Source: Octopus vulgaris (Eukaryota). Taken from it: DNA of 64,000 bases. Both the position numbers and the translations under genes were made by a program. The notes under the pieces are model-generated. The model did not search any database and was not told the origin of the DNA. It saw nothing but the letters and a program-made list of their open reading frames with translations. Location of the stretch: the NCBI GenBank assembly GCA_951406725.2, contig OX597825.1:79050001-79114000 (forward strand), given 5' to 3'. Shown here piece after piece: positions 14,852 through 28,605 of the stretch; the first letter of the stretch is position 1, and each line of letters begins with the position of its first letter.

Positions 14852-15080
14852 TATAGTAAAGACCCACTTCAGTCACAAAGGACCATGGGAATGCACCTAG
14901 AAAGTTCCTCTCTGAGGCACAACTCTGGGTAAGGTTGTTTGTGGAAGACTAGGAGTCACCTGTGCATACCAGTTCCCCCTCTCCACACCATCTATGTTGT
15001 CCGAAGGGAAGGCAGAGGCTGATATAGCTTGGCACCAGCAACATCGCAACTCGTTTCTACAGTTGAGTGAACTGAGCCAT
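14852..15080 (-). mobile_element. SINE fragment (same family as 24380-24677)
   Basis: Its reverse complement aligns by eye to 24470-24677 (tggtgccaagctatatcagcc..tggtatgca..gtcttcca..aacaacctt..cccatggtc). Confidence 0.7.
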
Positions 15081-15450
15081 GCACATTCAAAGCCACAATA
15101 GCATGGAAAAATAGACATTTACTGAACATACAAATAAATAAATATGATTAACAAAAGAAGCTAAACAATACTTTTCTGAATCTTTCCTGAATTTTTAGCT
15201 TTAAAACATTTTTTCAACTACCCATGTGAAAAGCATTTTTCTTTTTCTTATCTACACTCTAGTGCACCATGGAGACAAAATCCTTGAGAGCCACTGATAC
15301 AGAATTTTCAATTAATCCATAACAATCAATGCACTTTTAGAGACAGACGTATAGAAAATGCAATGTACTATCCTGATGTATAATTGATATATATTTAACA
15401 TTTCATATTGTTACAATTTATAATACAAGTTTTATAACATTTGACAAAAT

Positions 15451-15891
15451 AGGTTACGTGTACAATCACTGGGACACCATATCATATGCACAGTTAATGT
15501 GACACAATAATAGTTACAAGTATAGTCACTGTGACACAATACGTTACATGAATGGTTAACGTAACATAATAGTTACATTGCATTCACTGTGATACAACAG
15601 TTACATGTATGGTCACTGTAATACAATAACTGTCAAGTAAACAATCATTGATACAATAACAATTATGCCTACAGTCACCATGACAAAATAACAGATACGT
15701 GTATGGTTAATGTGACACAACAATAGTTACATTGCAATCACTGTGACACAGTAATGGTTACATGTATGATCAATGTGACATAGTTACATGTACAGTCACT
15801 ATGACACAATAACTGGTAATTGTGTCACAACAATAGTCACACATATATAGCTGTTATTATGACAGAACCACAGTTACATGTACAGTAACTG
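15451..15891. repeat. Degenerate ~30-bp minisatellite, roughly 14 units
   Basis: Approximate consensus GTTACATGTACAGTCACTGTGACACAATAATA, repeated head to tail with divergence. Confidence 0.85.
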
Positions 15892-16355
15892 AAGCTAGTA
15901 ATACAATATAATGAGGCCTGAAGAACTGAAATGGAGACAACCATTTCTACAAGTTGATTCTAATGACTTCCTCCCTTACACCAGCAACACCATCTTGTAA
16001 GTTTGAAAGATGCAGAACATAAAGGAACTTATCTAAGAATGGGTGGAGAATGACCTTTATCTTAGTCAGAAAGTCTTTGCCGTATTTTTGTTGTTTTTTG
16101 TTTTGTGCATCAATAGGAGTGGCAATATAAAATGGTAACAGGCTACATAAGCAGTTCTGTGAATGTTTATGAATGTCTCAAGTTGAGAGATGCCTGCCAA
16201 AGAGGAAGAAGAGAGAAGAAACAAGACTGCTGTTTTGGTTTCTAAGAAGATGGAGTAAAATGAGGACAGATGCGATGTGACTGTCAGCCAGCCTTTTCAG
16301 CAACGTCTTATTACAAAACTAGAGATAACACAAATGTATCATAGATATTACTCTG

Positions 16356-16419
<64 letters not shown>

Positions 16420-17129
16420 CAGAGTGAGAAAGTTAATGTAAATAATTTACCATTGGAGAAATTAGAAAACAGTGAAAATTAGTGATTATATGCGATATGA
16501 GAGAGAAAGAGAGAGTGTGAATAACAGAGAGAGACAGTGAGAGAGAGGGAGGGAGAAAGAGAGGGAGGTTAATTGCAGCATGAATACATGATAATTGGGA
16601 TTGACTGGCGTGCAATTTGGTTTCAAATTAGGGTGTGGGCTCAAGGATGTCAATCCTTGCCAAAAAATAACTAACAAACATTTAATGTTTTCGCTCTATT
16701 TTTCTTTTATTTATTTATATTTTTTTTTTCCTGGGTTTACTTGTCCTAGAAAAAGAATAATACACTTGAAATTCTTGAGAGAGAACAGTTCATATTTTCT
16801 GGAAGTTCTCTACACAATCCCAAACTATGTGTATACATGCACACGCGCATGTACGCGTGTATTATTTCTATATCTTTTTAAAAAAAAAGAACACACACAC
16901 ACAATAATCTTTAAAATTAAAGTATTTTTTAAAATTCTGGTTAATGGTTGTTAATGATGAAAACTATTAACAGTTAATTAATGAGTTGTCATAGAAACTA
17001 AATTAAAAAGAAAAAAAAATGGCTTCCAATAACAACACTATAAGATGGAGTAAGTGGGAGAGGTAGTAAGGGGAGGGGGGACACCTGTTTTTAACTAAAT
17101 AGATTTTATTATGTTATGTGTAATTTTCG

Positions 17130-17342
17130 TGAGTCAGCGAGCTGGCAGAATCGTTACTGTGCCGTGAAAATGCTTAGCAGTCTTTTGTTCATCTTTACAT
17201 TCTGAGTTCAAAGTCTGACAAAATCCATTTGTCTTTCATCCTTTCAGGATCAGTAAAATGAGTACCAGTTGGAAACTGGGTCGATGTAATCGATCTGTAA
17301 CCTAGCTCAAAATTGCTGGCCTTGTGCCAAAATTTGAAGCCA
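17130..17342 (+). mobile_element. Meta-like SINE
   Basis: gcgagctggcagaa..tctgagttcaaa..ctttcatcctttcagg..aaaatgagtaccag. Confidence 0.8.
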
Positions 17343-17412
17343 TCATTTATCATATTTCATATAATATACACTTATTTACAAATGAAATGTAAAAAATAAC
17401 TTATAACAGTAT

Positions 17413-17800
17413 AGGCATGGCTGTGTGGTTAAGAAGCTCGCTTTGCGACCACATGGCTTCAGGTTCAAACTCACTGAACAACACCTTGGACAAGTGTCTT
17501 CTTTTATAGCCCAAGTCAATCAATTTCTTGTGAGAGAAGACAGAAGAAAACTGTCTGAAAGCCTGCTATGATGTCAGTGTGTGTGTGTGTGTGTGTGTGT
17601 GTCTTTGCTTCCCCAACCCACCTCACTTGACAACTGGCAATGGTTTGTTTCTATCCTTGTAACTTAATAGTTTATCAAAACAGACCGACAGTATATGTAC
17701 CGGAATTAAAAAAATAAGTACTGAAGTTGGTCTTTCAACTAAAACCCTTTAAAGCAGTGCCTAACCAAGGCTGCAGTCCAATGACCAAGGCAAGTAAAAA
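17413..17800 (+). mobile_element. CORE-like SINE with internal (TG)n
   Basis: ggcatggctgtgtggttaagaagctcgc..accttggacaagtgtcttc..gctgcagtccaatgac..caagtaaaa. Confidence 0.8.
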
Positions 17801-17928
17801 GTTGAATCCTGCCAACTCTAGGCATTTAGCTAAATAACAATTTGAAATAAATTACATAGTAAACATCACTAAATTTGAAATAGTCACATATTAAAGGAAA
17901 ATAATTATACATTTTTACATCCTTCTAA

Positions 17929-18139
17929 CTTAACCTTTTTAAGACCAACCTGCCTGACACTGCCCCTGGCTCGATGATACAAGCTTCCTCTTTTGAAGTG
18001 ATCCAAATTAAAACCTTTCGTAAAATTTCATGTTGATTTATGTTCCAAACACTAGGTTCGTAAGGTCAAAGTTATTTTACTAAATTCTTCCTTATTTTCA
18101 AAATTTGTATTTCAACAGAAACAAAGTAACAAGTGTTAA
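17929..18139. mobile_element. TTAA-flanked MITE, family B
   Basis: ttaacc..ccctggc..atgatacaa..aaatttcatgtt..taaattcttc..gttaa. Related copies at 42326-42540 and ~18970-19187. Confidence 0.55.
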
Positions 18140-18210
18140 CCCTTTCCATAACAATATAGGTAAGACTAGATGCAAGTGTAATTCCACATTTCACTTAACA
18201 GTTTGTGGAG

Positions 18211-18632
18211 TGCCTGTAACAGACTTTATCAACACCTCTTGAGAATTGCCTTTCCATTAGACGCCCACCACAATTTGTCACTGTGTGAGAATTGGTAATA
18301 ATCTATGAGCTCTCAGCCTTTGTGCAACTATATTTTTACATTTGTGTTTTAGCTTGACAACCACATACAAGAACCACACAGAAAAGATACAAATTGCAGT
18401 AAAATAATTTCAAAGAAAGAAAATTGAAGATGAAGAAAGCTTGAGGAACCAGAAGAAATCAATGAAACATATGCTGGTTCAGATTGGTGCATACTTCAGG
18501 ATATAAAAATATAGATAAACAATGGAAGGAATCTCATAGATTATTACCAATTCTCACACAGTGACAAACTGTGGTGGGCATCAAATGGAATGGGAATTCT
18601 CAAGAGGTTTAGATTAAGTCTGATACAGTTGC
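18211..18632. mobile_element. Fold-back element/MITE with ~100-bp inverted arms
   Basis: 18211-18309 is the reverse complement of 18533-18632, e.g. tgtcactgtgtgagaattggtaataatctatgag / ctcatagattattaccaattctcacacagtgaca. Confidence 0.85.
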
Positions 18633-21600
18633 CCAACAAGAAATTTAGGGCTGTATATAGCATTCTGAAGAGGAGTCATTTTGTTGTTAAATTGTACATG
18701 GAACTGGCTTATCTCAGGTGTCCCACATAGTGATCAAACATGAGCTGGAAAGTTAATCAGTTATGTAAAAAAAAAAAAAAAAGAGGGCTGTGGCTTGATC
18801 TTTATCATTTGTTGAGAAATATTTGGGTGCTATTTCTAAGAGGTTGAACAACCACAGTAATTATGTAGCTACTGTAACGGACCACAAAATGAAAAGAGAA
18901 GTAAAATTGCAAAATTGTAAGATGTCAGATAGAAAGCAAATAAGTGAGGCATGAAACTGTACTAGTGCCTATGACCAGCCTTTGTTCTATGATACAAAAA
19001 CCTTCATTATAACTTTTATCTAAGAAACCTTTTCTTATCTTACACTCCTCTAAACACTGACTTAATGAAGAAATTAATTTTGTTTCAGTAAATCACTCCA
19101 AATTCTCGAATATTTTCAGAATTTATCGAAATAGATTGGCAGTGTATTTCATCAGGAATTATGATCACCTGATTACAAAAGGGTAAAAGCATAGAAAAAG
19201 ACAAATTTCTATAACTAAATTGATTACATTATAAAATTCATAAAATAAAGAGATACATGAAATAGAATATAAGTTTTATATAAGTAAACCTAAATTGCAA
19301 TCTGAACAGGCTTGAAAATGAATCTTTCAAAGTCCACAATTTGTAGTTGATTTTAGGATTTTAATCAACTCCAAATATTGATTACAATAAAATGTTAATA
19401 CAGCAAGACTAATTAATACATAAGGAACTGATATAGGAGAACATCTTGAAGTTGTATTTACAACTAATTTGTCAGCCAACTGATATGGGTGTTGGCATAA
19501 CTGTGAGGTTACAAAGTTCACTTTGCTGCCACATGGTTACACATGGCACTTCGCCATTTGGTTGATAGAAACTGTGTATAAATACATTAGATAGATAGAT
19601 GGATGTGCATATTCTACTTTTCCATGCTTGCATGGGTTAGATGAGACTTTATGGGAGCAAAATTTTCTGTAGCTGGATTCCCTTCCTGAAGCCAATCCTC
19701 ACCTGTTTTCAAACATGGTAATAATTCCTCAGTCTATTAAAGAATGGCCATGCTTTCACAGTGGACTGCAAACAAACTGACACCATTTGTTCAAAGAGCA
19801 ATAGTTTTGTTTACAATGAGTGTGGATATGTCGAGACATGTGAAGAAACCCAGACATGCTTTCATGGACACTGCAAACAAATAACATCATTTGTATGAAC
19901 AGTGAGGTTTTGTTTACAATCAGCATGCACTTGTCGAAACAAAGGGAATACAGAGCCTCTCTCTTTCTCTCTCTCTCACACACACACATACACACACAAT
20001 AATCATGATCATCATCTAACATCCATACTCTTTGCTGGCATGGGTTGGATGGTTTGACAGGATCTGTTGTGCCTGAGGACTGCATTATGTGCAGCATGCA
20101 AAACATATATGTGTGTATGTGTGTGTGTGTGTGTATAAGTATATATACACAACAGACTTCTAGTTTCTCCGATCAAATTTTGCTAACAAGGTGTTGATCA
20201 TCAACTGACTGCTTCCATGCAGTCAGACTGAAGCCCTAACCACATGGTTCCAAAGTAAACTGCTTAACCATATCAGAATTTGAAATCAGATCATAATCTG
20301 AAAGTATTTTGCCTGGCACGCTAATGATCCAGCCAACTCACTACCAGTGTACCAAGTGCTGTTTGCTAAATTACCAAAACTACTGCAGCAGATCACTATA
20401 ACACCCCATTCCTTTGGTTAGTCACAGTAGTATTGCCACCCCCTCTAACAGGGAGCTAAATCAAACCGAATACAACTGACTACCCTTCAAAACACTTATT
20501 ATTCAATAATGCACTGAGAGTGGGACCTTGCTGAATTAAAGCAATAAGCAGGGCAATATCTATGAATGCGATTGGAGCTCATTACGATGCAATAAGTGAT
20601 TTGCATCTTAAAATAACATCCACAATATATGGTGCAGATGTTTCCAAAATCAGAATTCTGCCACCAGGCCCCATCTCTCTCTCTCTCTCAACCACAATGA
20701 ACTCTTCAATTAACTAAATATAAATAATGACAAGGTCAGAGAACATTCCTACTCTAAGTTCTCTTATGATTGATCCACTGGAAACTTGTAACCAACATTT
20801 CTCAAAATGCAGTATTAAATAATATATTCATCTTTTAGTAGTTTCAGTTAAAAGGATCGCAGCCCTCTGAGTGTATGTATGGTTTAGCCCCCTGTGTGTA
20901 TGTTCTTTAACACTTGGTGTAGTATAGGGAGCTTCCCTGGATGCTATCCTGCTGCAAATTTGGCATATAAACAAAACACAAATTAGCCGGGTTAGTAACG
21001 AAAGGGTTAACTGAGTTTGTATAGTTACAGATAAATTAAAAGATTTCACTACATAGCTAGTAATATGGTATCCTGGTTATGTTACACACATTCATTTTGT
21101 TTTACAGTAGTTTTTCTAGGTTGGCATGGGTTAGATGAAATTTGTTGCGGATAGTTTTCTATGGCTGGATGTCCGTTATGTTACCAACCCATACCTGATT
21201 TTAATTAATATATCTCTTCATCCCACATTGTTCCTCACACACTAAAAGCATAAACTCCTGGACGTTTTGCTTAAAAATAACAGCATTTTGGTTTAAAGTG
21301 TTAATGAGGACACATGGTATGACATTTTGCACATTCGCAGAATGAAATCTTTCTTGGTTTCAATCTAATAATTTCATTCATAATTTACTGGTCAGCTCAA
21401 AATTATAGTAGAAGAGACATGCCTAAAGTGCCACCCAGTGAGATCAAACCAAGAACCATGTGGTCGCAAAGCAAACTTCATAACCACACAACCATGCCTG
21501 CACCTAGTCATGCCTGTATCAATTATAAAACAAGAATGGAAGGTTTTTTTTCTGACAATACATTTTGTGTATACATAATTGACTCATATGTCCCACCCAA

Positions 21601-22271
21601 TTTAGGCTGTTTTTTTTATTAATATGTATCTATATGGCAATCATTCTGAGTGAGTTTTCTTTTAAATTTTTTCTGTGAATTTTTCTCCTCTAATTCACTT
21701 TGATATTTCTCAATTACCCAAGCATAGTTACATTCATACACCCCGACAACAACTTCCACACACTTAATTGCTTAGCGATAACAACTAGTGTCAAGAAAAA
21801 CTGAACTGGGTTAATGACAGGCTAAAGTAGTCGATAATGAAAACAAAATGACATCCATTTGCCACCTAATTTAAAAGTATATTACAACAAGTGTATCTCA
21901 ATAGCTATTTATTTATTTCAGTAATTTACGAACAAAAATATAGAAAAAATACACCAGAATTTTAACTGCAATAGCCTTTATTCCATTGAAATGGTAAGAA
22001 TAACTTATATTTGGCTTTTCATATGAGTCGCTTCAACATAAAGTAATAACCACTGCCATTTTAACTTATCATGAAAACAAGCTTTTAGAATCACTTCATT
22101 CAAACTAGATTAAATAGACATTCAGTTTTATGCTATATTTCACCATTTTATTTTTTATACAAAATTGGGTAAAAAAAAATTTAAAAAAAGGTTTACGTAA
22201 TTAACCAAAATGTGCAATCATCTGGTATGCCATTAAACAAAAACGTGTGTGTGTGTGTGTGCATGTATTGC

Positions 22272-22505
22272 ACACTACACTCACTTGTATACACATGTAA
22301 TGTATACGGATGACAACAAGCGAGTGAAAGAGTGCCAAAAGATTCATGTAGAAGGAACCAGTGGAAGAGGAAAGCCAAAAAAGATATGTGCAAACGTTGT
22401 GAAGGCCGACCTCAGGAAGGTGAATCTCACAAATGATATGAAAATGGAACACAAGTGGCAGGACACTGAGGAGAACTGTCCAACTCATGCTAGCATCGAA
22501 AATTA
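22272..22505 (+). mobile_element. 3' end of an RTE-clade LINE (5'-truncated)
   Basis: HVMYTDDNKRVKECQKIHVEGTSGRGKPKKICANVVKADLRKVNL matches the RTE C-terminal pattern V.G...RGRP.K.W...V..DL. Ends in ccaactcatgctagcatcgaaaa. Confidence 0.75.
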
Positions 22506-23232
22506 ATGTAAAAATATTAAAGATAATGTACACACACACACATAAGGGTTAACAAAATTTACAATGAGAGGTAATGATAACTAGGAAAAAAAATGATACA
22601 ACAGATCTATATAAACTAATGACAATTGTTGTTTAGCTCCAGGCTGGCTCTCATCCTCCATAGACATATTATCAAAGGATTTCTGGCTCTGACTATCCTG
22701 ACTCTTATTATATATATATCAGAAACAATATTGTCTTGTGTATACAAAATAAAGAATAATTCTAAAAAGGACAGAAGGTTATTGACAAAGATAAGAGGAA
22801 TGCTGACATTATATTGCATTCTGTCTTGCAGAAGGGGAGAGACAGTTTGCAGAAGAACTGGCACTTATCTGTTAATATAATCCTTCTTAATCACATGAAT
22901 ACATCAAAGAATTATATCAGCTACCAAAATATCTTAAGATGAAGCCATAATCACCATTAATTGAACATATGTTGTTTTATAAAGAACAGAATTACATACA
23001 CACATACAAATATACATATATATACATACAGGCACACACATACATGCATGTTCTAGTTCCATCTTTGTTTTTATTAAGGGGGTTCTCTTTTCATATTTTT
23101 GTATAAGTTCTTTGCAGTATGTTTGGCATAGCAAAGTTCCTAAACCATAAAAGTCACATCTTCAGGATGAAGTGATGTTGGCATGTAGTGCGACTCCTTA
23201 TAGTAGGTCAATATATCATCAGTCAGGTAAGC

Positions 23233-23283
<51 letters not shown>

Positions 23284-23903
23284 GAGACAGACAGATGGAC
23301 GGACAGGCAGACTAGAGCATGTTTGTACATTCATTTTAGCATTTTGCTGTTATGAATACTGCTTCCAGAGTGTTCTGTGGAGGATAGATGTGTTACCAAT
23401 TAATGCTTTCCTACCTGATTTTTCTGTTGTGCTGTGTGGTGCATTCACTGCAACAGCTCCCATGGTTAAGTGACAGTAAACCAGAACAGTACGGCCAACA
23501 ACATTCTCATTGGCAATTAGACTTATAAATTACACTGGTCCTAAGTAGCTTGTGCAAAGATTTACATGCATATTGCTTCTCACAAGTAAAGTTTTTATTT
23601 TTACTGTCTTAACAATATATTACTAGGGTTAGTTTATGGTTTAGTGTAATGGATTGTGTTCTATTTAATGAGGTTTTAGTTGTATTTACTCATTCCATAA
23701 TTAGTATGCATTTAATAGGTATCGTGTCTGACATATTTATTACACTGCATTTGTGTTTGTATTATTTCCAAATTTGTTCTGTTTATCAGGCTGGCTATTT
23801 GCTGAGCAATGTTTGCTTTAATCTACATATTTCTCCATCTAGTGTTTCATTTGTACAGAAGCTAAATGCTCTTCTACATAGAGACCTTACTACTGACATA
23901 TGT

Positions 23904-24310
23904 AGGCACAGGTGTGGCTGTATGGTAAGAAGTCAGCTTCCCAACCGGATGGCTTTGGGTTCAGTCTCACTGCATGGCACTGACTGAGTATCTTCTAATA
24001 AAATAATAAATTCTAATAAAACTGCAAACCAACGAAAGCTTTGTGAATGGATTTAGTAAATAGAAATTTAAAGAAGCCAATCATATATCAGCGTGTGTGT
24101 ATGTGTGTTACTGACTCCTAGCCTTGACATTGCATCACCATCATGCAAGTAGTGTCCATTTCCAATCTTCCATGGCAACATGCCTGGTCATGGGGAAATA
24201 TTACCATACTTGGAAACAAGTTGGCAACAGAAAGGGTATCCAACTGTAGAAAGTTTGGCTCCACAAATTCTGCCTGACCCATGTGAGCACTAGAAAGTGG
24301 ACATTAAAAC
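23904..24310 (+). mobile_element. CORE-like SINE with Nin-like/RTE-type tail
   Basis: ggcacaggtgtggctgtatggtaagaag head; gttggcaacagaaagggtatccaactgtagaaa..aagtggacattaaaacgat tail. Confidence 0.7.
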
Positions 24311-24379
24311 GATATATTTCCACTGCCTCCCAGTAAGCCTATGTACTTATTTGTGAAACAAATAAATGAAAGCATGTGA

Positions 24380-24677
24380 AGGCGCATGGCTCAGTAGTTA
24401 AAGTGTCTGGCTCACAATCATGAGGTAGTGTGTTGTGTTCTTGAGCAAGACGCTTTATTTCGTGTTGTTCCAGTTCACTCAGCTGTGAAGTCACTGGTGC
24501 CAAGTTGTATCAGCCTTTGCCTTTCTCTTGGATAACATCAGTGGCATGGATAGGGGAGGCTGGTATGCATGGGCGACTGCTGGTCTTCCATAAAACAACC
24601 TTGCCTGGACTTGTGTCTTGTAGGGGAACTCTCTATGTGCAATCCCATGGTCATTCATGACCAAAGTGGAGTCTTTA
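24380..24677 (+). mobile_element. tRNA-derived SINE (fifth family)
   Basis: Head ggcgcatggctcagtagttaaagtg and cttgagcaagacgcttta core; reverse copy at 14852-15080. Confidence 0.7.
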
Positions 24678-24929
24678 AATGAAAGCAAAACATTGTCCAC
24701 TTCAATTTTGCACCATTTCTGCCAGCAACACCACAACACGCAGTTTGCTGTGAGTTACCATTTAGCTCCAGGTCAACTTTGATCCAGCGGATTCATGATC
24801 AAAATAATTCCAACTGTGACCATCCCATCCTTACCCCTGCCAGGCTTTTTTTTTTTAATGACTTGGTAAGGAGGAAGGTGTGTTAGCTTTGTTCTTCACA
24901 GGTCTTCTGACTCTGGTGAGAATGATTAT

Positions 24930-25470
24930 ATCATTTATGTTCAGTCTGAACTATTGTAAAGTCAACATCTGCAGGAAATATGTTGGTGAGAAAGGAATTC
25001 CAGAGAATTAATGTTCATATCTAGGATTACATTATCCGAGGTGTGTAACAGTTCCAGGGTAGCAATAGAACTACATGGAAGATATTGTAGATGTAATAGC
25101 ATAATTACACTAAAAGCAGCAAGTCATTAACACACAACAGTGCAACGAGGAGGAGGAATAGTACAAGAACGGAAGACTGGAAAAAGTAAAGCTGGGAGCC
25201 AATTATAGAAACTGGAATGGCTTATAAAAGACCATGTGTCTTAGACAAATCATATAAGGCAAAACACCAGATTACCTACTTATCTGAATTAAGTCGACAT
25301 GTAAATTTTGACACAGCACTAATGTGCTCTGTTTAGGCGGTTTATAAGGACAGGGTAAGGTTGAGTCAGTTAAATAAAGATGTTACAGCTGATAAGGATT
25401 TAAATTTCAAAGATACTATGAATAGAAGAAATTTAACTGCTAGCTACCATGGAGCTGTGGATGGCAGACG
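24930..25470 (-). mobile_element. Decayed CR1/L2-like LINE 3' fragment
   Basis: The minus strand has traces of the LWNSL..IFP C-terminal pattern (ctctggaattcc..atatttcctgc) and is heavily degenerate. Confidence 0.4.
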
Positions 25471-27014
25471 GATAAAAAAAAAAATGTAAAAGTCAATATA
25501 TAAAGAAGAACAACAATCACAAAATTTTAGTCATTGCTCATTTTAATTTTGTTAATTTTGAATTTGCTCTGAAAAATCATTTTAAAACATGAAGTTCTAA
25601 AATTGCTTCCTTTCTATGTAGGCAGACTTTAGACAGTAATGAAAATAGCCAAGCAATTGTTCTCAGTTGATTAAAAATGCTAAAACAAGAGGAACTTTGT
25701 AAAACTGAAGACAACTTTAAAAATAAAGGAAGTTCAGTAGAGAAATGACTAAGAAGAGGGAAGTCAGAAATTTACGTTATCAATTGCAAAGGAAAAAAAA
25801 TGCAAACTTTCAATAATGATTGATAACATAAGCAAAATAGCAAATATATGTGAGGTTAGAGTAGATAGATTCTATAATAAACCTTTTGAAAGCTTTCAAT
25901 AATAAGGATTTTATGTAGCTAAGTTGCTCAAATTTTACAGAACATTTATAACATTTAAGAAAAGAATCAGAACAGCTGTAAAAAGCATGTTAACAACAGA
26001 GATCACAGATATGAGAATGTTTTAAAAGAAATGACCACTTCTGCTGCTTTCAAAGACAAAAAGGAAAATAATCTAAATCAAACAATAGTATTGGTGATAT
26101 TACCTTAAAGCCATGGATTGATGAAAGAAGATTAATATCATGGCTCATATATACAACTATTTCCATAATGACAGAAACTAATCAGCTGATCATTAAATGA
26201 AAGTTTGATGGAGAATGGATTATTCAAAGGGAACATCAAGCTGATTCTGTTTTATCTTCAAAAACAGGTTTATATTATTAATCACATTTCAAGAGACTTC
26301 ACATTGAATTTCAATAATTGGTATGATAAATAGATCAATATGGCAACATAGAAAAAAAAATATATTGTAAATAGAAAATGGTTTTGTATAAATTCTTTCC
26401 ATCACAATGAAAGAACCCTTTCAAATTTAGCTTCTAAGTCCTCCAGGACATTGTAACAGATCAACTTGAAAAGTAAGTCATACAATATGAATATTACACT
26501 AGTCCAAAAGACATTTAATCTATTTTCTTTTAATGCTAGTTTCTATTTAATAAGTTTTACTCTATTAATCTATTAAATCAATCCAGATTTACAGTGGTAA
26601 CTACATTGAAGTATATGAACAAGTAATTTCATGTCTCCAAAGTAATAATTAACCCTCTCATGTACTTGGTCGATTTCATATTCCCATTGCTAAATCTTAA
26701 ACTGACTGCAATCATTGCCCTATCTCAATTTATCTCACTGGTTTTTGTATTTCAATTCTCTTTTTTTTTTAAGCGAGCTTGCCCTAAAGTGTGAATCAAT
26801 ATGAATGACGAGAGTTAAGATAAAATCTTTGATAAGTGTCAGTTTCCTTTCAGAAGTGATAGGGTGTGGAGTTGCGACAAAAAAGGGAAGAAGCCAAAAA
26901 AAAAAAAATCAAACTGAAATATTTTGAATTCACATTTTGTGCAACAGTTAACACAAAGCAGCAGAGATGGCCTAGTTAGTAAAAATATATCATGGAATAC
27001 ATATAAGAGAAAAC

Positions 27015-27061
<47 letters not shown>

Positions 27062-28172
27062 ATTTATAGAGAGAGAGAGTGTTAATTGACATAGCATGAT
27101 TGAGATATTATCCTGTAGATTTTTACAACTGTCAAAAAAGAAAGAAAATAACTAAGTCAAATATTTCATATGAACAATAAAACTTAACAAAGCTTTAAAC
27201 CACTGGTATCATTTGAGACAACAATGATGACATATGGGAAAGGGGGAGAGAGAGAGAGAGGGAGGGAGAGACCCCTTTTTATGAAGAGAAAATGTACTGA
27301 GATTAAATTTCAAAGAGTTAATTTCTCTACATAATAATGTCTGTAATATATTTTCTACATTATTTTATTATTTGGTTTTGTAAAAGTTATATAGTTTCAA
27401 GTTTAACTGAATGTCACTTAAAAAAAAAAAAGAAAGGTTTTTTTTATTGACCTAAGAAAGAATTAAGAAGGTCAGTAAACAAATTTAGTACACAATATCA
27501 TAAAAATGATATATTCTTGAAAGATCTATGACATACAACATATACCAGTTTAATAAAATGGGTCATATAGGGTCACCTCTTAATATATTAGCACTCAATC
27601 TCGAAAACAAGATATTTTGTTTTTGGGTGGGGAAGTCAACTGAATGAGTGAGTAATAACAATAAAAAAGCACAACATAGTTTAAATCAGAACAGCTGAAA
27701 GTTTTTACTTAACTGATTTTCAGGGCAAAAATCACATGGCATCAGATATTACATGATTACATGTAGTATTCAAAACCCTCTTCCTCTGTCGAGGGGGTCT
27801 TTTTGTCTTGCAAGTTACTTAGCAACTTCACTAATAGTAGTAGTAATAGTAGTATGACATAAAAAGCAACCAGTGCACACTGTAAAGTGGCTGACATTAG
27901 AAACCATGCCAAGGCAGACAGTAAAGCTTGGTGCAGTCCTCTGGCATACCAGCTCCTGTTAAACCATCTAACCCATACTAGCATGGAAAACTGATGCTAA
28001 ACAGTGATAATGATTCAATGAGTAATATTATAGAGAATAGATAAAAGTTTATAGATGGATGAGAGAGTTACAATTAGGCCGAGAGTATGGCTGCCAGAAA
28101 ATACAAGGAAAACTAAGAGAAGAACTAAAAAATATCAACAGCAAAAAACAGAGGCACAATAATTTCTCTTCT

Positions 28173-28605
28173 TCTCTATAGAAAAGCAATTTCCTTAAAA
28201 CACAACTGCACATTCAATGGTAAAAAGAAAAGTCTGTGTATGGCAGGTTTGGCAGCCTTCAACTTACACTATCTCCTCCGAAACCATGTAGCGCAAGTTG
28301 ACCAAAATTGAGAGTATGATAGAAGAAGGCTTGCTCTTCCTTCCGTAGAAGAAAAAATTCAAATCGGACCATGTTAACACCAAAAATTATTTACATCAAA
28401 AAGGTACTTTTAGTCTATGAAAATCCCTATTTTTTTACAATTTTTTTACTGCTGTTTCATCATTTTTTGATGTATTTTAACCAGAAAAATGTTCACTAAA
28501 AGAGAATAGCAAGCTACATAAAGCAAATTTTTTACTTTTCAAAAATTCCAATTCTAAAGGGTCAAAAAGAAAACAAACCCGAGCAACGCCGGGTGATACT
28601 GCTAG
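28173..28605 (+). mobile_element. Non-autonomous Helitron-like element
   Basis: 3' hairpin acccgagcaacgccgggt followed by CTAG|T at 28602-28606, and a plausible 5' TC start (tctctataga). Confidence 0.7.

Noticed and set aside
15451-15891. CRISPR-like periodic array
   Set aside because: Units are contiguous and degenerate with no unique spacers, there are no cas genes, and the context is eukaryotic.
16588-16670. Candidate CRTC exon GLTSLSPHPNLKPNCTPVNPNYH
   Set aside because: Joined in the required phase 2 it hits TAA, and the donor is weak.
22620-22705. Coding-looking minus-strand stretch (SQDSQSQKSFDNMSMEDESQPG)
   Set aside because: It belongs to a dispersed repeat ending in gctaaacaacaa, also seen near 12870, 24760 and 54350.
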